64,000 bases of DNA from Candidatus Hadarchaeota archaeon (GCA_964384105.1 CAYLJV010000003.1:32001-96000); one strand, 5' to 3'; shown: positions 39,770 through 49,489, numbered from the stretch's first letter. The notes: generated by a model from the sequence alone, not told the origin. A program made the numbers and translations.

Positions 39770-39885
39770 ACTACTATTTTTCTAGTAAGTCTCTTCACTG
39801 AATCCGGCTTTTTTCTTCTTTTCAAGCGTATGTTTTGGGTAGTACCCTATTTTGTGTCTTTTAAAATTGTTAGGAAGTTATTTTC

Positions 39886-40362
39886 CTATAATTTTTCTTT
39901 AATTATTTTCAGAAATTCATCATTTTCTAGATTAGGGTAGGGGTCTAGCAGACAAAGTTGTATATCGACTAGAACATCGCATTTCTCTTTTGAATAGTCA
40001 ACTATCTCTTCTAATTTTTTTATACTACTACCCTTCTTCCTGTTTGGTATTCCTATGATCAAAAAAGGTTCAGTAACCTTGTTCTCTTCAATTTTTAAGG
40101 CAAAATCCGTAGTGAATATATCACCGAGTAGTTTCTTTGGCCCAATATTACCATCTATCTCGATGACGCCCAGAACTTTTTCTTTCTTATCCAGAACAAG
40201 GGCATCGGGATAGGTGATAATGTCCTCCGTTTTTGGTTTTTCTTCAGGTGGCCTCGGTAAATACTGCCTCTCGTCTCTATTAGAGATTTCTATATTAATA
40301 CCAATTTTTTCTCCAATTTTCCTCAGTTTTTCTTGTTGATTGGTAATCCAGTCGGAGGCCAT
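39886..40362 (-). CDS. Hypothetical protein, possible PD-(D/E)xK nuclease fold
   Basis: 'YPDALVL...GVIEID' spacing. Confidence 0.5.
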   Translation of the reverse strand: MASDWITNQQEKLRKIGEKIGINIEISNRDERQYLPRPPEEKPKTEDIITYPDALVLDKKEKVLGVIEIDGNIGPKKLLGDIFTTDFALKIEENKVTEPFLIIGIPNRKKGSSIKKLEEIVDYSKEKCDVLVDIQLCLLDPYPNLENDEFLKIIKEKL

Positions 40363-40440
40363 AGTATCATCTTTTTAATTTATCTTGTCATAAAGATTCT
40401 CAATTTTTTGGAATTTTCTTGATTGCTTAAGAATATTTCA

Positions 40441-40914
40441 CTAAGAGATCTCCTGAACTTTACATGCGGCTTTTTTCCGGAGATAGTTTATTTCTTTTCC
40501 GTGAAGGATTTCAAAGAGGCGTTCTCTTAGGTTCTTCACTAAAACTAACTCTATGGAGTTTTCTTCTACGGCTTTAAGCACTTCTTGAGCCGGATCTCCC
40601 GAAACGTACATTGGCACGATGGAGATACCGTATTTAGCCGCCTTTTTCTTTGCGTCCTCTGCGAATTCTTTTGCCGATTTATTCTGAATCTTCTTCTGAG
40701 TTTCTCTAACTGTCTTTACTATTTCGCTTTCTTCCCCAATCTGGCCGGTTCTATATCTGATACTTCTGGAAGGAGCTTCGTCAATTATATGGACGAGAAA
40801 AATTTTCCCGCCTTTCTTTGTTTTAGTTAGGGCCTTCTCAAATGCGGTCTTTGGAAAGGACCTCCCAAAGTAGGGGACCAATGTTTTTTCTACTTTTTCT
40901 TGATTTTTTGTCAC
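40441..40914 (-). CDS. Universal stress protein (Usp)
   Basis: 'TLVPY', 'LVHIID', 'GDPAQEVL', 'AACKV'. Confidence 0.82.
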   Translation of the reverse strand: MTKNQEKVEKTLVPYFGRSFPKTAFEKALTKTKKGGKIFLVHIIDEAPSRSIRYRTGQIGEESEIVKTVRETQKKIQNKSAKEFAEDAKKKAAKYGISIVPMYVSGDPAQEVLKAVEENSIELVLVKNLRERLFEILHGKEINYLRKKAACKVQEIS

Positions 40915-41085
40915 TCAGGATACCCGATTTTTTTACTCACTCTAATTGAATGTCATTCACGTTTTTTATCTTATTCGGTTTGATTTCTTTCACCGATAAA
41001 AATTCATAAAATCCTTTAATTTCTCTATAGGAAAATCCTGTAGTCCAGAGGTTGCCACAAGTTTAGAATCTGGATTATTGAATAT

Positions 41086-41325
41086 CTATTTTTCAGAAGA
41101 AGCTATTATATTAGTAATTGTTCTCTCTATACCGTTAATTCCTCTTATGTTTTCTAAGATGAAGTTCAGAAGGTGATCAAGATTTTCCCCTTCTATGATC
41201 GCCATTACGTCGTGGGGACCGGTCAGCATTTCCGTCTGTTTAACATGCCGTAATAACTTGAGTTTTCGATGAACGTATTTCATACAGCCGCTTTCCGTTT
41301 TTATTAAAATCAAGGCTTCTATCAA
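41086..41325 (-). CDS. Stand-alone Lrp/AsnC ligand-binding (RAM) domain protein
   Basis: 'ALILIK', 'TGPHDV', 'IRGINGIERTIT'. Confidence 0.82.
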   Translation of the reverse strand: MIEALILIKTESGCMKYVHRKLKLLRHVKQTEMLTGPHDVMAIIEGENLDHLLNFILENIRGINGIERTITNIIASSEK

Positions 41326-41438
41326 GAAAATATTCTCCTTTTGATAATTAGTATGTAGCTCTTACTAAGTTAAATTTCGGTTTGATAGGACAAATATGCT
41401 TTATTTTTTATTGAAGAGCGGCAGTTTCCGATTTTCTT

Positions 41439-41972
41439 CTATCCCCATTCTTGGTTTTGCTTTTTTCTGGATTCATCTGGATAGACTTCGACTATTTTTT
41501 GGATAATATTCGTGTTTGTAAGGTTGATTATGCTTCCTTTTTCGGTTTGGATTCTAGTAAAGAATAGGTTTGTCTCTATAACAGTTCCAGTAACGTTCTC
41601 CGGAAGGATAGTTATTTTGTCTCCTATCTGGAAGGGTCGCCAGATCATCAACACCAGCGCCGCTAGTATGTTTCCTAAGATGCTCCAGACAGCGACAAAT
41701 CCTATGATTATCATTGCAGCGATTGAGGAGATGACTATCCAAAGCCTTCCTATGCCGATCCCGAAAATTGAGGCTACTATCAGTATTCCAGCTATTACGA
41801 TGATCCATCGTATAACGATCTTGATAGCGTGTACGTGGGATTGTGGGAGTTTCTTTTTCTCACTGTAGCTGGAGACTCTGGACTCTAATGCTTGGTCTAG
41901 AATTATCCCTGCGGCAATTACAATCAGGGCAGGTACTATGACTGTGAGAAAGTAGGACAAAGCGATTAACAT
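41439..41972 (-). CDS. Short MscS-family mechanosensitive channel
   Basis: 3 TM segments, 'LGNILA', 'RPFQIGDKI'; lacks the C-terminal domain. Confidence 0.82.
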   Translation of the reverse strand: MLIALSYFLTVIVPALIVIAAGIILDQALESRVSSYSEKKKLPQSHVHAIKIVIRWIIVIAGILIVASIFGIGIGRLWIVISSIAAMIIIGFVAVWSILGNILAALVLMIWRPFQIGDKITILPENVTGTVIETNLFFTRIQTEKGSIINLTNTNIIQKIVEVYPDESRKKQNQEWG

Positions 41973-42172
41973 GTTAACATTAAGTAATTAGATTTTTCAT
42001 CTGATAAAATTTAGTGGGATTCAAATTATTTATTTTCAAGCTTAATGCCTTTGGATTAGCGTAACCGCTCTGAAATTAGAGCGAGGTTGGAGAGAGTGAG
42101 GTTTCCTTTTGAAGATATTTAACTCCCTTTATTCTCCGGCAACTGGGCTGTTCAGTCGAAATAATAACTGAT

Positions 42173-42721
42173 TTACCAGTTGTCGGAGTATACGACTGCG
42201 TGTGCGGCTATGTATTGGTTTTCTGGGTTGGTTCCTAGGCTTATTTCGTATATGTCGTAATCGGTTCCTTCGGAGAGTTCTTCATGTTTGTATGTGAATT
42301 GACCGGGTGCGGAAGTGTCTGGAATTTCTGTTCCCACGTACAGATGTGTTTCTGTCAGATAGAAATTCTCGTCTGGCCAAAACTCAACCAGTAGGGTGTT
42401 GTCTGCATCGTTGAATTCTATGAATAATTCTCCAACAGGTATGTGCCTGCCAGCGATTAAGGGAACTAATGTAGCTCCCTCTTCTGGATTGTATGGGAAG
42501 TACCCACCCCATCCTTTTCCAAAATTCTCCCATCCTGGTGGGTTTAATTCGGGCGTATCCACTGATCCTGCCCATGCCGTTTCGGTTCCACCCCAGGTTC
42601 CAACTCCAAAGAAGTTATTCTTGCCGATTTCTGTATCGTGGAAGTAAGCCATGCTGCTTGTACTGACTAGGAATATGGTTACTCCTAGGACCATCAAACC
42701 GACTATTGCTTTTGTTCTCAT
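42173..42721 (-). CDS. SipW-cognate signal peptide protein (TasA-locus minor subunit)
   Basis: Signal ending 'SSMA|YFHDTE..KNNFFGVGTW', then a beta domain ('ETAWAG', 'ETHLYVG', 'APGQF', 'YIAAHAVV'). Confidence 0.75.
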   Translation of the reverse strand: MRTKAIVGLMVLGVTIFLVSTSSMAYFHDTEIGKNNFFGVGTWGGTETAWAGSVDTPELNPPGWENFGKGWGGYFPYNPEEGATLVPLIAGRHIPVGELFIEFNDADNTLLVEFWPDENFYLTETHLYVGTEIPDTSAPGQFTYKHEELSEGTDYDIYEISLGTNPENQYIAAHAVVYSDNW

Positions 42722-42754
42722 TTTTTCAACTCCTGTTTTTGAGGTATTTTTACC

Positions 42755-42785
42755 CCGCTCCTCTTGAGCGGCCTTATGATCATGA
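42755..42785 (-). promoter_or_regulatory. Conserved 5' leader element, copy A
   Basis: Minus strand includes AUCAU..AAGG-CCGCUC-AAGAG-GAGCGG hairpin, about 33 nt before the ATG; paralogous to 45140-45174. Confidence 0.55.
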
Positions 42786-42864
42786 TCCTTGATTTGCCCT
42801 TACCGGGCGCGATTAAAAATAAAAAATAAAGAAAGGAAATTATCGAGTGTTTCCCGTTGCTTTA

Positions 42865-44361
42865 CTACCAAGAAAGTCCACCAGGACCCACGCTGTTTTC
42901 TGTGATGTACTGGTTTTCGTACCAGTTTTCGGGGGTGCCGTATATGTAGAAGTTATCGAAGTATCCATATGGTCCGGTTATCGTTGTATCTTCATATGGT
43001 GGAATCCAATACGGATCTGGAACGACTAGTATAAAAGGTAGTTTCGTATCTACTGGTATTATCTCATCTGTGTTTTTTTGATTGCTTGTGCTTTCTATCT
43101 CCTGTGTGTTCTCTATATGGAACTCGGATCCTGCCGGTATTCCAGTATAAGGATCCTCCCAAGGATCATAGTTGGACATTATACCAGCGACATCGTAGAA
43201 GGTATCTCCATTATCTGCGGTGAAGCTCCTCGGCGGTGTTAGTGTATCTTTTGGATTGAGGTCTGGTCTGTCAAGACGGACAGTTATATTCACGTTTTCT
43301 GTCATATTTTTTTCTGGCCAGGAGTACTTGGCTGTGTCGAATAGTAAAACATCGAGGTCTTCTGAGCCTCTGTAAACTCCTTCCGGTGTTTCAGGTCCGA
43401 TTGCTGATGTCCCAATCCGATCTACAGTGTAAGTGTAGTCTCCGACCAACGGCCTCATGATATGAATATGATGATCTGCTCCAGAGTCGTATATTATAGC
43501 GTTGAAGTGCATCTCTAATCCTATTAGATTGTTGTCTTTATTGTACTCCTCTTTTACTCTGAATCTCATTCCAAAGTCATTGTAGTCGAAGTCTCCATTA
43601 TACCAATCTTCATATCCAATATAAGCAGTACCAGTTCCAGGATATCGTTCGATTTCAGGTATACACGGATTATCGTCTTGATGTCTTCTTTGATAAGCGT
43701 TGAATATTATGTCAAAGCTTAATTCATCTGATTGAATTTCATTTCCAACTTCTGTGCTAATCCACCATGATATACCTATGTAGTAGTTTTCACATCCTAT
43801 CAAAGGCTGTATTCCGTCGGATAAATCTAGATTTTGATCTAGTGAATATCTTAAAGGCATTTCGTTTGCTTTTCCACTGAATAGTATTCTTTCACTACTC
43901 TCATCAAATTCGTTGTTTCCATCGTTTTCTTGCCAAATTTGTATATTGAGGTTCTGTGCGAGCTCACCATCCCAGAGACCTTCTGTATTATCAACTAAAC
44001 CTTCTGGTTCGTTTATTCCCTTCTCACTAAAGGAAGTCGGAACTATCTCCATGCAGGCCCAGGCATCGTTCGTGTAGCTGTGAAGGCTTATTGTAGCCTC
44101 TCCGCTGTCACCTGGTTTAACATCCTCAAGATTGAATATTGGATCAGTTTCTCCTTCTCCATCGGCTAGATTGCTCATTGCTCTCTCTTCTATTATCTCT
44201 CCGTTGTAGTGTTCTACCCAGTCTACTTTAAGGTCGAGTGTTCCTGCTGTGAATGTGTTTCCTTCGCTGGATTCAGTATCGTGGAAGTAGGCAAGACTAC
44301 CAGCAGTAGCTCCTATCGCCACGATACCTATCAGCATTATTGAAAAAAGTGCTCGTCTCAT
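42865..44361 (-). CDS. TasA/camelysin-like protein with C-terminal LruC/DUF4842-like domain
   Basis: 'SLA|YFHDTESSEGNTFTAGTLDL', 'DVKPGDSG', 'VGNEIQSD'; C-terminal 'YEDWYNGDFDYNDF'. Confidence 0.8.
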   Translation of the reverse strand: MRRALFSIMLIGIVAIGATAGSLAYFHDTESSEGNTFTAGTLDLKVDWVEHYNGEIIEERAMSNLADGEGETDPIFNLEDVKPGDSGEATISLHSYTNDAWACMEIVPTSFSEKGINEPEGLVDNTEGLWDGELAQNLNIQIWQENDGNNEFDESSERILFSGKANEMPLRYSLDQNLDLSDGIQPLIGCENYYIGISWWISTEVGNEIQSDELSFDIIFNAYQRRHQDDNPCIPEIERYPGTGTAYIGYEDWYNGDFDYNDFGMRFRVKEEYNKDNNLIGLEMHFNAIIYDSGADHHIHIMRPLVGDYTYTVDRIGTSAIGPETPEGVYRGSEDLDVLLFDTAKYSWPEKNMTENVNITVRLDRPDLNPKDTLTPPRSFTADNGDTFYDVAGIMSNYDPWEDPYTGIPAGSEFHIENTQEIESTSNQKNTDEIIPVDTKLPFILVVPDPYWIPPYEDTTITGPYGYFDNFYIYGTPENWYENQYITENSVGPGGLSW

Positions 44362-44396
44362 TTTCTTTTAAACTGATTAGTTTACTGTTTTGATTT

Positions 44397-45098
44397 CTAG
44401 GCTTCACTGTATAGGTCTTCCTGATGTCTGTACTGGTCTGCTCCAAAGACAAGGTCGAAGCTGAGGTTGTCACCTTGTATTATGTTACCAACAGTTGTTG
44501 GAACTTCCCATTCTATAACGAGGTAGTAAGTTACGCAGTTTTCAAGCGGTTGCATACCATCGTTACTCTCTCCGTCTAGAGGGATTTTTCTCTCACTAAT
44601 GCCGAAATCATCATCATGATATATTGCTGCATCAGGAGCTGTTCCGTTTGGATAATCTCCTTTGTACCAACTAACCGTAACATTCATGTTCTGAGATAGT
44701 TCTCCTTCTCCGTCTGTCTCTCCTCCTTCGGCTTCAATCTCCGGTTCTGTGTCGGTTCCATCTGTTTCCTCAAGGTTTTCTATTGATATCCAACCCCAAG
44801 CAGGATTATCGTACACGTGCAAACTGATTATGGCTCTACCATTGTCACCAGGTTTGACGTCCGAGAAGTTAAATATCGGTTCAAGCGGATCGTCTGTTTC
44901 GTCAAATTTATTTGACCAGCTACCCTCGTAATTCGCTGATGAGTCTACCAGATCCACTTTAAGATCCAACTCTCCTGCAGTGAAAGTGTTCCCACTGCTT
45001 GTTTCAGTATCACTGAAATATGCCATAGTTCCAGCACCTGCTAGAAATAACGCAATTCCGATAACCATTACGCTTCCTAGGATTTTTGAATTAATCAT
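44397..45098 (-). CDS. TasA/camelysin (Peptidase_M73-family) secreted protein
   Basis: 'TMA|YFSDTETSSGNTFTAGELDL', 'DVKPGD', 'VGNIIQGD'; ATG 45098 after GGAGGTGA. Confidence 0.83.
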   Translation of the reverse strand: MINSKILGSVMVIGIALFLAGAGTMAYFSDTETSSGNTFTAGELDLKVDLVDSSANYEGSWSNKFDETDDPLEPIFNFSDVKPGDNGRAIISLHVYDNPAWGWISIENLEETDGTDTEPEIEAEGGETDGEGELSQNMNVTVSWYKGDYPNGTAPDAAIYHDDDFGISERKIPLDGESNDGMQPLENCVTYYLVIEWEVPTTVGNIIQGDNLSFDLVFGADQYRHQEDLYSEA

Positions 45099-45139
45099 AT
45101 AATTTTTCACCTCCCCTTATTTTTTAGGGAATTTATATG

Positions 45140-45174
45140 CCGCCCCCTTGAGCGGTCTTTTAGGATGATATGAT
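45140..45174 (-). promoter_or_regulatory. Conserved 5' leader element, copy B
   Basis: Minus strand AUCAUAUCAU..AAGA-CCGCUC-AAGG-GGGCGG hairpin with a U-G pair, about 41 nt before the ATG. Confidence 0.55.
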
Positions 45175-45299
45175 TCAAAGTGAAAAATTTCGGGTTTGCA
45201 AAGAATTTCCCGACTCTTTCAAATAACAATGGATGCATCTCCCTCCTCAGTCCAAAAAATACGTCCTCATTTTGTTTTAAAAACTAGTAAGAAAGAGTC

Positions 45300-45347
45300 C
45301 TCAGAAGGATGTTCAGAAGAAACTTCAGAAGAATGTTCAGCAGATTC
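45300..45347. repeat. 4 x 12-bp imperfect direct repeat
   Basis: ctcagaaggatg / ttcagaagaaac / ttcagaagaatg / ttcagcagattc. Confidence 0.8.
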
Positions 45348-45387
45348 TTTATTAGTGATTTAATAATCATAAAGCTCATTTCTTCTT

Positions 45388-45642
45388 TTGGAATTACCAA
45401 GTGGAGATTGGATGGGCGAAATAAAGAAATTTGAAAAGCCCGATGAAATACTTCTATATTTGAAGAATGAAAGGGCAAAGAGTGTCCAAGAAATTTCAAA
45501 ATATACGGGATTGGAGGAAAGAGAAATCAGAAAGATCCTTTCTATCCTCAAAAAGATGGGTCTGCTGAAAGAGTCAAAAAACCTGACACCTCTTGGATCG
45601 AGATTGCTGGGTCTTCAGAACCAAACTGGAGAAGAAGGATAG
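45388..45642 (+). CDS. Small winged-HTH protein
   Basis: 'ILLYL...SVQEISKYTGLEEREIRKILSILKKMGLL...LTPLG'. Confidence 0.75.
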   Translation: MELPSGDWMGEIKKFEKPDEILLYLKNERAKSVQEISKYTGLEEREIRKILSILKKMGLLKESKNLTPLGSRLLGLQNQTGEEG

Positions 45643-45716
45643 TTACAAACTCTTTTAATAAAACAACGAGAACTTATTTCTTCAAATGACAGAAGCGAAT
45701 TTTAGGAGGTGTAAGA

Positions 45717-45890
45717 TTGGAAGACTTATTGAAGAGTAATGTAGGTATGAACAAGAGAGCACTTAAGGAGATGCTTGAGGATGAGGAGCTCCTTGATTTA
45801 CAGATCGAACTTCTAGACAAGCTGGTAAAAGGACTGGAAGAGAAAGGATATTCAACTGATCAGGCTATTGCTTTAGTTGGGTCCGCTTGA
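45717..45890 (+). CDS. Small acidic helical protein (57 aa; not in ORF track)
   Basis: AGGAGGT SD, TTG start; MEDLLKSNVGMNKRALKEMLEDEELLDLQIELLDKLVKGLEEKGYSTDQAIALVGSA. Confidence 0.6.
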   Translation: MEDLLKSNVGMNKRALKEMLEDEELLDLQIELLDKLVKGLEEKGYSTDQAIALVGSA

Positions 45891-45976
45891 TCCGAAAGCT
45901 ACAGGTATTGAAATCTCCAAACTTTTAGAGGATTTTATTCAGTACCCCCAAGAGCGGGCTTCAGTGATGGGTTCTT

Positions 45977-46972
45977 CTATATTTTTAGTACGGCCGCACC
46001 ATCTATTTCCGCGTCCTTGACCAACTGGAGCGCTTTATTGGCTTCTTCAAGTGAAAATACTTCGACCTCTGTCTTGATAGGTATACCACCGGCGATCTTA
46101 AGGAATTCTCTAGCATCCCTTCTAGTTACGTTAGCCACGCTTTTCACGTTCTTTTCGTGATAGAGAAGTTCGTAGTCCAGTTTGGGTATAGGACTCATGT
46201 GGATGGCATTGATTGCCAGAGTACCACCTTTTTCTAGAACTCTCAGTGCTTCCTTTACTATCCAACCAGCTGGAGCGAAGGTGATTACACGGTCTATCTT
46301 GGCTGGTGGGTCGTCCTTTGCGCTTCCCTCCCATACGGAACCTAACTCCCTGGCGAGCTCTCTGTGTCCTTCGCTTCTTGTGAAAACGTAAACATCACAT
46401 CCGAGGACCGTGGCTATCTGGATGACTATGTGAGCCGAGGCTCCAAATCCAAACAGACCCAATTTCTCCCCCGGTTTTACCTCACTCAATCGGAATGAGC
46501 GGTAACCGATAACCCCTGCACACATTAGCGGAGCCGCATTCTCATCAGGGAAATTTTCTGGAATTGGATATGAGAAGTCCTCCTCAGCTATCATATACTC
46601 TGCGTAACCGCCGTCAGTATGTAATCCAGTGAACTTCGGATTTTCGCAGAGGTTCTCCATTCCTCGTTTACAGAATTTGCATTCTCCACAGGATGAATAG
46701 AGCCATGGAACTCCTACTCTATCTCCCTTTTTGAACTGTGTCACATCGTCCCCGACACCTTCTACTGTTCCTATTACTTCGTGACCCGGAACTAAGGGGA
46801 GTTTTGGCAGTGAGAGCTCACCTTCCACCGTGTGGAGATCGGTGTGACAGACTCCACAGGCTTTCACTTTTAACTTTATTTCCTTTGACTGTGGCACTGG
46901 TTCGTTCAGCTCTACAAGCTCTAAGGGTGACTCCTCTGCAGGCTTGGGTTTTTTCAACTGCATGGCTTTCAT
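45977..46972 (-). CDS. Zinc-dependent alcohol dehydrogenase (MDR family)
   Basis: 'GVCHTD', 'PGHE', 'CGECKFC..GMENLC', 'GFGASA'. Confidence 0.93.
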   Translation of the reverse strand: MKAMQLKKPKPAEESPLELVELNEPVPQSKEIKLKVKACGVCHTDLHTVEGELSLPKLPLVPGHEVIGTVEGVGDDVTQFKKGDRVGVPWLYSSCGECKFCKRGMENLCENPKFTGLHTDGGYAEYMIAEEDFSYPIPENFPDENAAPLMCAGVIGYRSFRLSEVKPGEKLGLFGFGASAHIVIQIATVLGCDVYVFTRSEGHRELARELGSVWEGSAKDDPPAKIDRVITFAPAGWIVKEALRVLEKGGTLAINAIHMSPIPKLDYELLYHEKNVKSVANVTRRDAREFLKIAGGIPIKTEVEVFSLEEANKALQLVKDAEIDGAAVLKI

Positions 46973-47188
46973 AAATATCCCCTAAATAGACTTTACAATA
47001 ATTTCCATTATTTCTTGGTGAATCTTACCATTTTTTTCTATTCATATAGTCTGTCTTCGATAAAATTTAGTCTTTGAGTTCGGATTCGAGTCGTCCTCAG
47101 CAATCTTTAAATCCAAGTTATTCTCTTTCATTGACTGGGTTTTCTATCCGGAAATAGATAAATACGATTTCGGTGGAGAGGGATAAAA

Positions 47189-49474
47189 TTGAGCGATGTT
47201 GAAAAAGGGGGGTTAAAGCTTACAGTGGCAGAGGCTAGAAGCCAGCAGGACGTGGGACGAAGTGTAGCTAGGATCAGCAGAGGTGCTATGGAAGAACTGG
47301 GGGTAAAGCAGGGAGACGTTATAGAGATAGAGGGAACGAAGAAAACCGGGGCGATAGTGAGATCAAGTTATGGTGAAGATGAGGGCCTCGAAATAGTAAG
47401 ATTGGATGGTCTTTTACGCAGAAACGCTGGCACGTCTATTGGTGAAAAAGTTAAAATTAAGGTCTCTGACGCTCAGGAGGCCGAGAGGATAACTTTGGCT
47501 CCGGCTGAACAGAACATTCAGATTTTGGGTGGGGGTGAGGCCCTCAAGAGGAGCATACTCGGTAGGCCTGCCACCAAGGGTGACCTGATTTCTCCGGTTA
47601 GCTTACAGGATGATGTTTTCTCTCATATACTGGGTGGTATATTTCAGGAGATGACATCCTCGACCTTTGGTCTAGGCGAGATAAGATTCCTAGTTACTTC
47701 GACTTCTCCCGGTGGGATTGTTTTGGTTACGACCCGGACAGAGGTAAGCCTCTCCTCAAGACCTGCGGAGGTGGAGGAGGTTGCGGCTCCCACAGTTACT
47801 TACGAAGATATAGGAGGTCTTGAGAAGGAGATTCCAAGGATCAGAGAGATGGTCGAACTGCCTCTCAGACACCCCGAACTCTTCGACAGGCTAGGAATAG
47901 AGCCTCCAAAAGGAGTTCTACTCCACGGACCACCCGGAACGGGTAAAACACTTATAGCCAAGGCTGTTGCCAACGAGTCAGACGCATACTTCCAATCAAT
48001 AGCTGGTCCTGAGGTAATGTCCAAGTATTACGGGGAGTCAGAAAAGAGGTTGAGGGATGTATTTGATGAGGCAAAGAAGAACGCTCCTGCGATAATATTT
48101 CTCGATGAGATAGATTCAATAGCTCCTAAGCGGGAGGAGGTCACTGGAGATGTTGAGAAACGTGTCGTTTCGCAATTACTGTCTTTGATGGATGGTCTAG
48201 AAGCCAGAGGAAAGGTAATAGTTATAGCAGCTACCAACCGTGTTGATTCTCTCGATCCTGCTCTTAGACGTCCCGGAAGATTTGATAGGGAAATTGAAAT
48301 AGGCGTTCCTAACAGGGATGGGAGAATGGAGATTCTTCAGATACATACTCGTGGCATGCCTCTGGCTGAGGACGTTGATTTAGACAAACTTGCCGATGAT
48401 ACTCATGCTTATGTTGGAGCCGATCTCGCTGCACTTGCCAGAGAGGCGGCTATGAACGCACTCAGGGATATTCTCCCTAAAATCGATTTGGAGGCCAAGG
48501 AAATATCTCCAGAGATTCTAGAGAATTTGAGAGTTACTGAAAGGAATTTCCGCGAAGCCATGCAACAGGTAGAACCCTCGGCGATGAGAGAGGTTCTGAT
48601 ACAAGTTCCAGACACTCACTGGGGTGATGTTGGTGGTTTAGAAGAAGTGAAGCAGAATCTCCGGGAGGCAGTTGAATGGCCGTTAAATAATCCCCAAATT
48701 TTCAAGAGAATGGGTATACAGGCCCCTCGTGGCATACTTCTCTACGGACCTCCTGGAACGGGTAAGACAATGTTGGCTCGTGCGGTGACCACGGAGAGTA
48801 ATGCAAACTTCATCTCAATAAAAGGACCCGAGTTACTATCCAAGTGGGTCGGTGAATCCGAGAAGGGAGTCAGAGAAACATTCAAAAAGGCAAGACAGGT
48901 GGCGCCCACAGTAATATTCTTCGACGAAATAGACGCGATGGTTCCTCATCGTGGAGCTGGAGAGTCCGATTCGAGAGTTGGTGGGAGAGTGATCAGTCAA
49001 CTTCTTACGGAGATAGATGGATTAGAGATGCTCGAAAACGTCGTTGTCATAGGGGCTACTAACAGACCGGACTTGATAGACCCAGCTCTGATGAGACCTG
49101 GTCGTTTCGATAGAGTTATTCTAGTTCCTGCTCCTGACAAAGATGCTCGGCTTAAAATATTTCAGATTCATACCAAAGACATGCCACTTGCCAAGGATGT
49201 GGATCTAGAGGATTTGGTTAAACAGACAGAAGGATATACAGGTGCAGATATAGCAGCCGTATGTAAGGAGGCAGCTATGCTTGCTCTGAGGGAGAACTTG
49301 GAATCACAGAAGGTCAAGAAGAGACATTTTGAAAGTGCTCTTAATTCCGTTGGGTCATCGGTTACTGAGGAAATTGAGCAGGGTTATCGAGATTTCAGGA
49401 AGAATCAAAGGAAAAGAATCGGAGATAGAGTTCGATCGAAATTGATACCGGGTGAGTTTGGTACTTATTACTAA
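47189..49474 (+). CDS. cdc48: CDC48/VCP (VAT) AAA+ ATPase
   Basis: N domain and two AAA modules 'GPPGTGKT', 'RPGRFD'; C-terminal HbYX-like 'TYY'. Confidence 0.96.
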   Translation: MSDVEKGGLKLTVAEARSQQDVGRSVARISRGAMEELGVKQGDVIEIEGTKKTGAIVRSSYGEDEGLEIVRLDGLLRRNAGTSIGEKVKIKVSDAQEAERITLAPAEQNIQILGGGEALKRSILGRPATKGDLISPVSLQDDVFSHILGGIFQEMTSSTFGLGEIRFLVTSTSPGGIVLVTTRTEVSLSSRPAEVEEVAAPTVTYEDIGGLEKEIPRIREMVELPLRHPELFDRLGIEPPKGVLLHGPPGTGKTLIAKAVANESDAYFQSIAGPEVMSKYYGESEKRLRDVFDEAKKNAPAIIFLDEIDSIAPKREEVTGDVEKRVVSQLLSLMDGLEARGKVIVIAATNRVDSLDPALRRPGRFDREIEIGVPNRDGRMEILQIHTRGMPLAEDVDLDKLADDTHAYVGADLAALAREAAMNALRDILPKIDLEAKEISPEILENLRVTERNFREAMQQVEPSAMREVLIQVPDTHWGDVGGLEEVKQNLREAVEWPLNNPQIFKRMGIQAPRGILLYGPPGTGKTMLARAVTTESNANFISIKGPELLSKWVGESEKGVRETFKKARQVAPTVIFFDEIDAMVPHRGAGESDSRVGGRVISQLLTEIDGLEMLENVVVIGATNRPDLIDPALMRPGRFDRVILVPAPDKDARLKIFQIHTKDMPLAKDVDLEDLVKQTEGYTGADIAAVCKEAAMLALRENLESQKVKKRHFESALNSVGSSVTEEIEQGYRDFRKNQRKRIGDRVRSKLIPGEFGTYY

Positions 49475-49489
49475 AATCTAACAGTTGGT

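Noticed and set aside
42755-42810. c-di-GMP-I (GEMM) riboswitch resemblance (GGGCAAA...GCGGGG)
   Set aside because: No P2 stem with GNRA tetraloop and no GCAAAG/receptor elements; only short words match
45300-45347. Repeat array as CRISPR
   Set aside because: 12-bp tandem units without spacers; no cas genes
45284-45551. Minus-strand ORFs over the wHTH gene and repeats
   Set aside because: Antisense shadows with no SD or domain signal
47189-49474. CDC48 C-terminal HbYX-like motif as a novelty
   Set aside because: Archaeal Cdc48-20S proteasome docking is already established
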